A DNA stretch of 64,000 bases from Vitrella brassicaformis CCMP3155 (taxonomy: Eukaryota > Protista > Chromerida). The notes beneath the pieces were generated by a model, which saw only the letters and a list, made by a program, of their open reading frames with translations, searched no databases and was not told where the DNA came from. Location: positions 1-64,000 of the forward strand of contig CDMY01000302.1 of assembly GCA_001179505.1 (NCBI GenBank), written 5' to 3'. Positions 50,639 through 62,372 of this stretch are shown here, in pieces (positions within the stretch are counted from its first letter, which is position 1; each line of letters opens with the position of its first letter). The position numbers and the translations under genes were made by a program.

Positions 50639-51610
50639 TCACTGTTGAGATGATGCTTCCTCCTCCTCCTCCTCCTTCTGGCGCCTCAGAAAATTATACT
50701 CTTCCGCGACGTTCTTTAGCAGCATTATCTGGTTGAACAAGCGGCGGTTGTCCTGGAAGTTCTCCCATTGCTCCTTGGCCACTCCCTCTGCAGCGCACAT
50801 GCACACACAAAGACAGACAAAGGCACCCATGTGGCACTCTGTCGTCGTGTGTGCGCATTTCTCTGTCTGTGCAGGTGCTTGTGTGTGTCGTTCTCCCTCC
50901 CTCCCTCCCTCCCTCCCTGCCTCTCTGTGTGTGTGAGGTGCATGCGTACCAGGGCGCGGTGCGGAGAAGGGTGCTTGGTACAGCGTATTGAGTTGCTGAT
51001 TGGTGGACAGAATGCGCTGCATGAGGAATTTGCGAGTGTCGGGATCCTTCTCCTGCTCGAGCTGCTGCTGTACTTCTGCCTTTTCCTGCTCGACTTTTGC
51101 CCGTTCCTGCTCCAGCGCCGCCTGCGCTTCCCGAAGCTCCTTGATGAGCTGATCCTCAGGCTGCTTACGCGCGAGATCGATCTGCTGCTCCAGTTCTGCC
51201 CTCTCCTGCTCGAGTGCCGCCAGAAGCTCCTTGATGAGACTGTCCAGCTCGGCAGGGGTGGTGGTACCGGCGTCATTGGTCACCTGCACCCACCACACAC
51301 ACAGTCAGGTGCCTGCGTCAGTCATCGGTCGCCTGGCCTCCCTCTCCCACCGACCCACCATGAGTGCAGTGGAGCCACGGAGCCGCCGGCGTCGATGGGG
51401 AGTGGACGAAGATGACTGCACCACGACGGTAGGCAGAGGCAGGGCGGCCATCCACTCAGTCGGCTCGGCTCGCCGCACGTCCAGCTGCTGCTGCTGGCCA
51501 CCAGAGTGGGCACCCACATGCCGCAGGTGGCGAACGGCATGGCCCAGGGGAGGCACGAATGCGACGACGGCAGTGGCCCATTCTCCCAGTAGCACCAGCA
51601 ACAGGAGCAT
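50639..51610 (-). CDS. Putative plastid-targeted coiled-coil protein, family B copy 2 (single chimeric module, intact frame)
   Basis: MLLLLVLLGEWATAVVA-FVPP..STALM | VTNDAGTTTPAELDSLIKEL..KQPEDQLIKELREAQAALEQE..LYQAPFSAPRP | EGVAKEQW..ASSQQ*. Confidence 0.75.
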
Positions 51611-51869
51611 GGTCTATGCGCCTGCAATTAGCGTCACACAGACACACACATAATGTGGTGACTGGATGCCTCGCGCCCCTCTCACCCCTGACATTCCTGT
51701 CACTTGTGAGTCACCAGTCTGATTGTTTGAGTGGCGGGCGAACAGCCTAGGCGAAACAGACCAATCTGACGCTCACACACCGATGTCAGCGAGGCTCACA
51801 GTTCGGTGTGGTCTGCCTCGGTACCTGACGCTGGTGGACGGGCGGCAGCGGAGGTCCTCACTGAAGGGC

Positions 51870-51970
51870 TGCACAGAAATGGGAGCAGAGCGACAGCTGA
51901 TGAATCCTCAAGCATGCTGCCTAGAGATTTTCGAGTTCCTCACCTTCCTGGATGCTCAGATCGGCAGGAT
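51870..51970 (-). promoter_or_regulatory. Shared 5' leader module, copy M4
   Basis: Reverse complement reads gatctgagcatccaggaag|gtgaggaactcgaaaatctctaggcagcatgcttgagg..ctgtgcag; almost identical to M3. Confidence 0.65.
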
Positions 51971-52214
51971 CCGCAGATCACCGCGCCTTTCCTCACATTT
52001 CAGCTCGCAATGGATCGCCGCGCCTTAATTTCAGCACGATGGCTGAGCGTCCTTTGCGTGTGGCGCCTCTCGGCCATGACCTGCCAGAGGTAAGACCAGC
52101 CAGAAACGCACTCATCATCACAGTGGGGAGTTGAGCAGCCGACGCGGGATGAGGCCTTTCTGTGTGTGCAATTTGCGTGTTCATGTCCTTTGATCAGTAG
52201 CTTCGCTGATCTGC

Positions 52215-52340
52215 TTGTTGATCTGTCCATCTGAGCATCTGTGAAGGTGAGGGACTCGAAGTTCTGCAGGCAGCATGCTTGAGGAATCATCAGCTATCGC
52301 TCTGCTGCTGTTCTATGCAGCATCTCCAGTGAGGACCCTC
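52215..52340 (+). promoter_or_regulatory. Shared 5' leader module, copy M5, upstream of the BTB relic
   Basis: gatctgtccatctgagcatctgtgaag|gtgagggactcgaag..ggcagcatgcttgaggaatcatcagc..ctatgcag|catctccagtgaggacc. Confidence 0.65.
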
Positions 52341-52440
52341 TGGCCCACTTGGCCCATCCATCGTGGGCCAGGTGGGATTTCACCCAGATTCAGGTGTGCC
52401 TCTATAGTCTGTCGTGCTGCAGGTGTGCGTGCGTGTCGCA

Positions 52441-53103
52441 ATGACGACTCCCATTCGACTTGATGTCGGCGGCAAGATGTTCCACGTGGCCAGGACGACC
52501 ATCGAGCGGCACCCACAGACATTGTCGGGCCAGCTGGTCGCCAATGAGAACTCTGCCGAGTCATCTGTCACCGTAGAGGACTCATCGGTCTGGCAGGGTC
52601 TGACCGAGTACAACGCGTCCAAGAAAGGCCTCAAACGAATCGCAACGGCGAGCAAGTGGGTGCTCAGGGTGAGAGCATGGAGGTCGACGACGAAACGCCC
52701 GCTGTGATCATGAAGAACACCAAGCCCGCGCCAAAGCTACACACGCACGAGCCTGGTGTGACAGAGTGACACGACATGATTCACTTCACATTGGCTGGTG
52801 TCTCTCCGCCAGTTTCTGACTTCTGCAGTGCAGAGATGGCCAAGTTCAGCCGCTCCCGGCTCCTCATCCCAGAGGACCTTCTCTTCTGTCTCTGTGGTAG
52901 GGCAGCCACCGCTGCATGAGTCACACACTCCTGCATTCGCTTGTGATTGACAGTGTTTCACTACAAGCGCCAGACAGATGAGAAGAAACTGCAGCTGGCC
53001 AAGCAGGTGGCGCATGTGAATGTGAACGCGTCAGTCAATGATTGTTTGTGTGCTTTCACAGCAAGCTGAGAACGGCTGTCCGGCGGCCATGTTATGTACA
53101 TAA
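52441..53103 (+). pseudogene. Degenerate BTB/POZ (KCTD/T1-type) domain gene
   Basis: MTTPIRLDVGGKMFHVARTTIERHPQTL matches the BTB_2 N-terminus, but the DRDP core is absent. Later exons (SDFCSAEMAK.., VFHYKRQTDEKKLQLAKQ, QAENG..*) are phase-consistent with each other but not with exon 1. Confidence 0.5.
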
Positions 53104-53264
53104 TTCCGAATTTTTCCAAGGGGCTTTGAGGGCTCATAGAGGCCAGCAAAACATGCACGCAGAGTGACAAAATGACCTCCCCCATGTCATTGAATGCAGC
53201 TGTCATTGGGTGCATGTGTATGGATGTCGATCACACATGTCCGTACAAAATGAAGCAATGGTGG

Positions 53265-53337
53265 GACACACAATCAGTCATTGATTGTCTGATTGTGTGT
53301 GACACACAATCAGTCATTGATTGTCTGATTGTGTGTC
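53265..53337. repeat. Two perfect tandem copies of a 36-bp unit that is itself a hairpin
   Basis: GACACACAATCAGTCATTGATTGTCTGATTGTGTGT occurs twice. Arms ACACACAATCAG / CTGATTGTGTGT are perfectly complementary around an 11-nt loop. Confidence 0.9.
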
Positions 53338-53668
53338 TCTCTCTTCACTGAGACATTCGCATGACTTTATTCGACCAAAACAGACGAAACAGACAAAAAC
53401 TGTTGGCACAAAAGTTTGATTGGCGACAACACACACAGACATTAACACATAGACACACACTGGCCAGCCTGTCGCCGCCGCATGGATGAGTGAATGCACG
53501 TTCTGCCGGAAGTCGACGAATCAGTTGTATGGCGAACACGGCCGCTGCATACAACAAAGCAGGAATGTCCATCACACTCAACCTGCACAAACGCACACTC
53601 ACGCACACATGCACACACATATTTGGAGACACCAACATCGACAAACGGGCGTGGTGATTCTCTTGGTC

Positions 53669-55101
53669 TTATTCACTGAGAACTGAGATGAGCCTCTGAG
53701 TTGACCAAGTCCATAAAGCTCTTGACATTCTCGTCTGGCAAGTGAACCGACAGTAGGGTGGGAAGCCGCACTCGGTGCTTAAGGCGGGTGGGGCAGCGCT
53801 CGCGACACGCCGAAGCAGATGCTCCAGCAGACGCATGCAGGCGTGCAGGGCACAGATGCCTGTCAGCATCATGCGGACGTCGTCCATGACGAAGGCTGCC
53901 CGCCCGCCGCCGCTGGAGGGCCGGTGGGCACACCCGACCTTGATCATGGGCACTGGGTCAGCTGGCTTCACCTGCGTCCTCAGTCGCCGGGGCGCTTGCG
54001 GCAGGTCGTTGGTCGAGGAAGTCGACAAAGCACTTGTAGGCAAGAGGAGGCTCCTCCATGTCACGCACGTCGTCCATGTGCAGCCTGGCCTCGTGGAGGC
54101 CACCGCTGTCTGCAGATCGCTGTGGGGGGAGAGCTCGAGCACCCTCGCGTCGTGTGTGGGGCAGGACGAGCCGAGCAGTATGTTGATCTCGGCCAGGCCG
54201 TCGTGTGGCTTGAGCTGCAGCAGCTTGACCAGGTCCGACACGACAGAGGACGACTGCCCGTCACAGCCAACCTGCCACACACGCACACACACACACACAC
54301 ACACACAGAGACACAATTCCATCCATCCATCCATCCATCTGTCTATCCATCCATCACTGCTTGCAGTGTGTGCCACAATGTCTCCTTCACTCACGGCTTT
54401 TGTGTCGGGGCTGATTGCCATAGACCTTGGTATTTGCGATGCGAGCACGTATGTCGAGCTCTCGCTCCTGCTTCTGCAGTGCGATGGCCTTGGCGCCTGC
54501 TCGACGCGTGCGATAGGGCTCGCCCGGTGGGGTGGGCGGCTTCGGCGGCACCTCTTCCTCCTCTTCTATCTCGTCGACGGGCACGTCGTGCATATCCTCG
54601 TCCACCTCATGGTCCCATCCCCTGCCCTCTCTCCCCAGACTGCCTCGTCCCCGCTTCTTGACCGTGCCGACCTCAGCATCGCCGTCCTCTCCCCCCTCCA
54701 TCTCGTCCAGGTCGGCGTGGCGGTTGGCCTCCTGCTCGTCGTCCAGCTGGTCCATCAGGGCGTCGTCCTCAGCCCCTTCGCCAGCATTCTGATGGAAGTC
54801 AGGCTCAGAATGACGGTCGGGCTCGTCATCTGAACGGTGAAAGAGGTACAGTGAGTGATTGAGTGATTGAGTGAATGATGATGAAGTCTGCAGTGAAAGT
54901 CATTGCTGACCCTGCTGCTCCGCCTTCAGGCGCTTGTTCGCACCTGAGTGAGAGGCAGACACGCAAACAAATGAATGAATGGCTCACTTGACCATCGCTG
55001 CTTCGCTCTTCACCTGTTGATCGGCTGCGCTGAGTGCCATTTCTGTTGATTCGCGGATCATTGTTGGCAAAGTCTTGTTTTCTTTTCTTCTTCTTTGGCA
55101 T
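53669..55101 (-). CDS. Hypothetical acidic, probably nuclear protein; the last exon may be frameshifted
   Basis: MPKKKKRK (NLS-like)..SD|GANKRLKAEQQ|DDEPDRHSEPD..IANTK|VGCDGQ.., with consistent splice phases. More protein-like text appears in alternative frames of the last exon. Confidence 0.5.
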
Positions 55102-56315
55102 GACGAGGCAGCTTAGACTCTTAGACCAACTTAGAACGATGCAACTCTCATCATTGCTCTATTATGCCGCATGCTGTGGTAAATGCATGCATCGTTGTGG
55201 GAGCGGGGGCACCTCTGCAGGCTCCGTCTCAAATATCACCTTCTCGCTCCTCCCTTTTTTTGGAGAGATCTTATCCATATGTGTACGTGCACATGAGGAC
55301 ACTGTCGAAAACCGTAACTGCTCGGCGGCCTGAGGGCAGATCAGTCTGGAAATCGGTGAGCAGACGCCTCTCTCACTTCCCCAGAGATCTTGCTGCTCGG
55401 ATTGTTCAGAAATGCCTTGTGTGTGGACTTTTCCTTAGGTCGACGTGACGCTCCTATGTCCATCGGCAAAAAAACGGTATCTGCTCGGCGGCGTCTTTGC
55501 CGATCGGCTTGGAAATCGGCATGCGAGGGCCCCTGAAGGTGCCTGACAATTCTTGCTGCTCGGATTGTTGAGAAAAGGTCTGTGTATGGCTGTAGGGCCT
55601 CACGCCATACAAATATGTAACCGACGTGTACAAGGTGGCCGTTGAAGAGAGCCTCTCAGTTTGAAGTGCTTATTTGCTGCAGGCTGCAGCACGCACGAGG
55701 GAGGCCGACTCGCACCTGGCCGAGGCGATGGTGCGAGCTCGCGCAAGCACAGACATCCAGGTACGTCAGCTGCCAGCACGATAAGTGACTGCGTCGTGAA
55801 TGCATTCATTCCTTGGCTTCACAGATGTCTGATGACGAGTGATGAACTCCGTGTCGCTCAATCGCAACCGTGACGCACACGGTGCAGACACTTACGTGTG
55901 CATGAAAACAGACAGACACAGTGCGACAGATAGATAGACAAACAGACACGATGGACCCGAACAGACCGACACGTACTGACAGAGACATCTGTCCGTCTGT
56001 GCTGGTTTGACGCCGATCGATCTGTCTGTCTGACGTATGTGCAGTGAGTGATGGAAACAGACGGGCTGCAGCCTGCCGCAGACACTTACGTTTGCATGAT
56101 AACTGTGCCGACTCACATATGCGAGGAACAGGCGACGTCGGCGGGAAAATCAGGATGGCGTCTGATGAACACTGTCTGAGGGTGTACGACGCCAGATCGC
56201 CTGCATGCCTTGCGCGCAAGGAAACACAGAAACTCTGCATGTGCACATATGACTCAAGTCCTAGAATCAATCGCGGCCAATGTCATAACAGCTGAACGAC
56301 AGCCACACGTCTCTA

Positions 56316-59300
56316 TCAAGCAGGTCTCTGCCGGGCACTGAGCGGCCGACCCCGGCCGTCCCCCACACCGCCGCCCCAAGTGCAAATCACATGCCGGCTC
56401 CCACCCGCACTCACCGGCCTCCTACTGGGCTGTCTCTGCCTCCTCTCCTTGCCCCAGGTGGCCTTATGCGGCGATCCAATAATGTTCTGCATCCCTTTTG
56501 GTCGTGGGATGCCACTTGCATCGAGCATGTAGTCGACAGGAGAAGGCGGCATCGGCGAGACGTGCCTTCTCGACGATGGCGGCCGGGAGTAGGTGAGGAG
56601 TGAGGAGGGCGTCTCGGTGGGCGGCGACGTGATTGGAGGCGACAGGGGCGGGTGGGGCGAGGTGATGCGGAGAGGGGGTGGGAATACCTTCACAGCCTGC
56701 AGAAGGGATAGCACGCAGCAAAAAACAGGAATGCGAAGATATGGTCACCTCCGTCGCTTGCTCACCGGTATGTTAGGCAGCCCGCCAGGGATGTCTCTCC
56801 AGCTGATCATGCGCCTAACTGACGACGGCTCGTCTTCCTTCCGATCCACAGGCCGCACCACCCTCCTGGCCCGCGCAAACGACGCAGGTGGCCCCTCCAA
56901 CCCTTCAGCGGATGCCGGCCTGGCGGGAGACGATGCCAAGGGCCTGCGTTGCGTGTGGTCCCCTCTCTCCGGATCCTCTCTCCTCGGCGACGGTCGGTGT
57001 GACGGCGGCAGGAGGGAAGACGTGTGTGGGTGTTCGTCCTCCTCCTGGTCTTTCGCCTGAGTCCGTGGGGTCCGGGGCGACCCGATGGATGACGAGAGAA
57101 GATCGTCAGTGGACGACGCCCGATGACTGAGCAGGGAGCTCTCGTGCCGCCTTGCCGGCGGCAAAGACGGCACCTTGGCAACGTGGGTGCGGCGGGTCTG
57201 TGCCTCTGCTGCTGCTGGTGGTGAGGTCGGTCGTTGTGTCGGCCGTGCGGCTGTCTGCACACGTGGAGGCGCCGACAGCGGCCGGTCATAGCCGATTGGC
57301 GCCCAGTATCGTGGAAGGTCCTCATATGTGTATGAGGGGGGCGTGTGGGAGATCTGGTACGCCCTGATTGATATCAATGTCAACAACACACAAAGGCCAA
57401 CCAAGAAGGGCCCCTGCGCGTGTGCGTCACTCTCATTCGCACTCACCTCAGAGCAGCCACATTGAATTGCGAAGCCCATACAGTCAGCGGCAGGATGGGC
57501 GGCACATTTGGGTTCAGCAAAAACGGCCGTATCACACTCGGCGCCGCCAGAGCGTCCATGTCGCCCAAACCCACGATCACCCAACCTCCGGGCAGCGTGG
57601 CCGGCAGCTTTATCCGCACACCGGCAGCGGTCCTCGGTCCGCTCTTGGACGGCAGGAGAGCCTCCTGCGCCCTCAACTCGTCCTCCTGCACCTGCTGCAG
57701 CCACAGTCGGTGTGTGGTGGCGTTGGCATTGGTCGTCAAGACGGTGTCCGATGGCTGTGGGGCGACACCGACAGCCGCTGTGGGCTGCTCGGGGGCGGGT
57801 GCGGGTGGAAAGAGCAGGGGGAAGATGGGCGGGAAGAAGGGCGGGAGGGAGATGTCGGTGTTGCTGGGCTGTTCGATCACTGCAAAGAATCGCCAGCTGC
57901 CAAGCTGCAAGGGAGAAAAGACCAGAGCATACCACATGAACTTCGTTCGTTGTGTCTGGTGGATTCATACGTCTTTCTTGTCCCTTGTGGCACTAGAGTG
58001 ATCCATCGGCCAGGTGTCAGCTCTTTGGTAACCTGGCGCCACCCGCCCTTCACCGCCCTCCTGCCCCTCTCCAGCAGCCGTCCATCGCCTGTCAAAGATA
58101 CCAGCCATCCTCCTCCCATCTCCTGTCGTATCGATGTCGCCCGGAGCTGCCTCTGCATGCGACACCAACAGAGAGACGAGACACGATATTCCTGAAGGTG
58201 TCCGTGTGGCTCTTATGCTCTTATTTGCATACGTCGGGGCACCAGCCGCATTTTGGCAGTCGACATGGCGGCTGATGCGGCGGCTTCTCGGTCTCCCTCC
58301 CTCTCCGCTTCTCTAGTGGTTGTGTCCCCAGCAGCCGCTTCCCGGCCTGGCTGGCCTTCTGTCGGTGGCTGACTCGTGCCAGCACCGCTCTCTGGCTGCG
58401 ATTTAGGTGGGTAGTCGGCCGTGAGCGGTGACATGAGCGCCTCACGATAGATGGCGGGAAGTGGCTGGTCGAGGGTTGATAACACGGTGTGCAGAGATGC
58501 GGCACCTGATGCATGAATGGATGGACAAAGGCAGCAATGAAATTGTGACTGGGGTGGTCAGTTGAGTTGAGCGGTTTTGTGTGTTTGTGTGTGTGTAGTT
58601 ACCTTGCGATGTGAGCGTGATGCCCTCCCTCGCCAGTGCTGCGAGGAATGCAGTAACGTTCTGATGGAAGATGTGGTGGGCCTGAGGTGAATATACACGC
58701 CAAAACATCCATAGTGGGATGCATAGAGACAAATCGTGCGTACGACTCGCTTGCCTTGAGTGCGATATAGAGCTGCCGCTGCATGTCCTCGCGCTCCTTC
58801 CGCGCCTTATCTCTCTCCCTGCATAATAAAGCGGCCAACGAGAGACCATACAGGCAACCAAAGGAGTCCTTGACATGTGCGCTTACTTTTCGGCCTCTTC
58901 TGTCTGTTTGGCGAGCTCTTTCATCTGTGTGTCCAGCACCTTGTCGCGATCGTCAGCCATTTGCCTTCCAGAGAGAAAGGCATCCATAGAAACGACCTTA
59001 ATTTATCTGCTGGCTGGTGAACTATGAGGGGTCATGGCCAGCGCACCTCTTCTGATCGATCAGTAGAGCCGCCGTCTTCCAATCCATGCCGAACGTCTCG
59101 TCATACTCCGGCTCGCCAAACAGCACATCACCCTCACCAGCACCAGCACCGGCGCCTTGAGTGGCAGATGCCCGACGAGGGGAGGGAGTAATGAACCTCT
59201 GAGAGCCTCGCTGCAATAGGGAGACACGCAGCCAGTGGGGATGTTTGATCATATTGGTCTTGTGTGGCTGCGTGTTGCTACCCTCGTTGGTGCCTTTGGT

Positions 59301-61067
59301 CGGAGATCAGTCGTGGGCTTGGCCTGGGCCACCATGGCCATTGCGATACGGGTGTGCGCCGCGTTCAGCTGGCGACGCAAGGACTCCATCTCTTTCTCGG
59401 TCTGCACACGATGCGCAAATGGAAACTGTATTCTGCGTAAGTGTGTCTGTGTGCTGTTTGCCTCTACCTTTGCCTCGGCTGCTTTGACAGCCCTCTGCAC
59501 CTCCTCTGCGATCCGCTCGCTGATGTCCATTTCCTCCTCACCGACACCCATGCCCACACCGGCCTCCTGGACACAAGACACACATTGATATCCACACGAG
59601 ATGAAGCAAACGAAGCATGTGCGATGATCAGTGGTGGCTCACCGATGGCACTCCCGACGTGCCAGGCGGCGACAGCGGCCCCACGCCTTCCCTCTCCCTC
59701 TCGCCCTCATCCTCACCTCTGCTCCTCACTGACGCCGCCTCACCACCAGCAGCACCAGGACCGCCAGCGGCAGCAGGCCACCCCACACCAGCACCAACAC
59801 CAAAACCTGCAGCAGCAGCGGCTGTTGCCGTCCTTGGCGAGAACATGACAGACGGGGCGCGAGCACGCTGCCCTGCCGCTGGTGGTGGTGGCTGCATTGC
59901 CTCTGTCGGCATCTGTGTGGTGAAGACCGATGTCGGCTGGGGAGGTGTCGGAGGCTGGGCTGGCGCCTGTTTCGCAGCCGCGTCTTGCCGCGCTTTCTCG
60001 TCACGACGGCGCACAGCTTGAAAGACTTCATTGAGTTTGCCCTGCAGGTGTTCTATCTCCAGGTCTCGGCTGCGCAACTCATCCTCCTGACAAATTACAA
60101 GCATATGCACACACACAAGAGAACTGTCGCAGTGGCCCATCCATCGACCCACCAGGCTCTTCTTCATCTTTTTGAGATAGTCAACTTCCTCCAACGCCTC
60201 GCCGTGGAGGGCCGCCCGCAGCGCCGCGATGAATGCATCCTCGGCCTCCTGCACATCAACCGACAGCTGACTGTCGCGGTCCTGCAAACAAAGACAAGCA
60301 AAGATGGGGACTAGGCGGCCATTCTGTGGTGTCTCTCTATCTGCCAACCAGGCGATCGGTGCGGCCGCCGCCCCGCAGCATGGCGATCTCGCGGAGCATC
60401 GCTGCTTTGGATGCGTTGTAGGCCTCACGAAGCCGCTGGAAGAGGCGGGCGAGCTCATCCAGCTCCTTCTCCTTGCGGCTCAGCTGCAGCAATAGACCCT
60501 GCACAAGATGGCACACAGCCCAACACACAGCATGGTGGATGGCATTACGATTCTGGCTGCACTTACGCCAGCGTGTGGAGTGAGCTTGTCTGTGTCCATG
60601 TGCAGCACAAACGTCCTGAGCGCCTTGGCGACCTCCTCGACAGCCGTCCTGATGCTGCGGTCGGTTGCCTCCTGTTCTCGGCCCTCAACGATGCCCTGTC
60701 TCACCCTGTACCGAAGCAGACGGCCTATCTCGCTCTTCACCACCACCTGCGCCAAACACACAAACACGTGCAAGGCCTCTTTGCAATGCCCTTTTGCTTT
60801 TGCTTTGCTCACCTGCAGATGCTCCAGCTCCTGCGCTCGGTTCATTGCAACGGGCTTGTCAACGATGGCCATCTTTAGCTGCAGCCGCTCAGGCGAGTGC
60901 TCCACCAGTTCCGTTGCCATACGGCTCTCAGCATCAGCCACCTCCCGCAGCGCTCGGAGCGGCGAGCGAGGCGACATCAGGGCGCTGCGAGGCGAAGTTC
61001 CCGGCGGGAAGTCAGAGGTGTCCATTATCGCCTTCGCCAGGCCGCTCTGGGAAGTCAAACGAGCCAT
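56316..61067 (-). CDS. Large multi-exon coiled-coil protein with a globular central segment and a Pro/Ser-rich tail
   Basis: MARLTSQSGLAK.., heptad-rich exons (LLLQLSRKEKELDELARLFQRLREAY; ELRSRDLEIEHLQGKLNEVF). The phase-1 junction TSQ|GAASLHTVL links the 58.6 kb exons to the 56-58.4 kb ORFs. Central segment VRIKLPATLPGGWVIVGLGDM..YTYEDLPRYWAP. Confidence 0.65.
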
Positions 61068-61211
61068 CTCTGCAATGTTGCGAAAAAAGTGCGAGCTTAG
61101 CGAGGGAAGCTCGCATTCGTCTGACGTTGGATATTGCGTTTGTGGGAGTGGTAGCGGCCTGTGCTGAGATCTTGTGCGTGCGTGGTTTGACGCCGCCTCT
61201 GGGAGAGCTGA

Positions 61212-62372
<1,161 letters not shown>

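Noticed and set aside
52737-53015. Minus-strand small Cys-rich secreted-looking ORF
   Set aside because: It overlaps plus-strand exons of the BTB relic that have consistent GT-AG sites and phases; likely an antisense shadow.
53775-54833. 352 aa plus-strand ORF
   Set aside because: It is antisense to the acidic NLS-bearing gene and reads through a microsatellite intron in reverse (HTRTHTHTHT).
55389-56100. Short direct repeats (cttgctgctcggattgtt at 55389 and 55552; cagacacttacgt(g/t)tgcatga at ~55886 and ~56078) as LTR or TSD remnants
   Set aside because: They are too short, with no TG..CA ends, PBS/PPT or coding remnant; best explained as local duplications.
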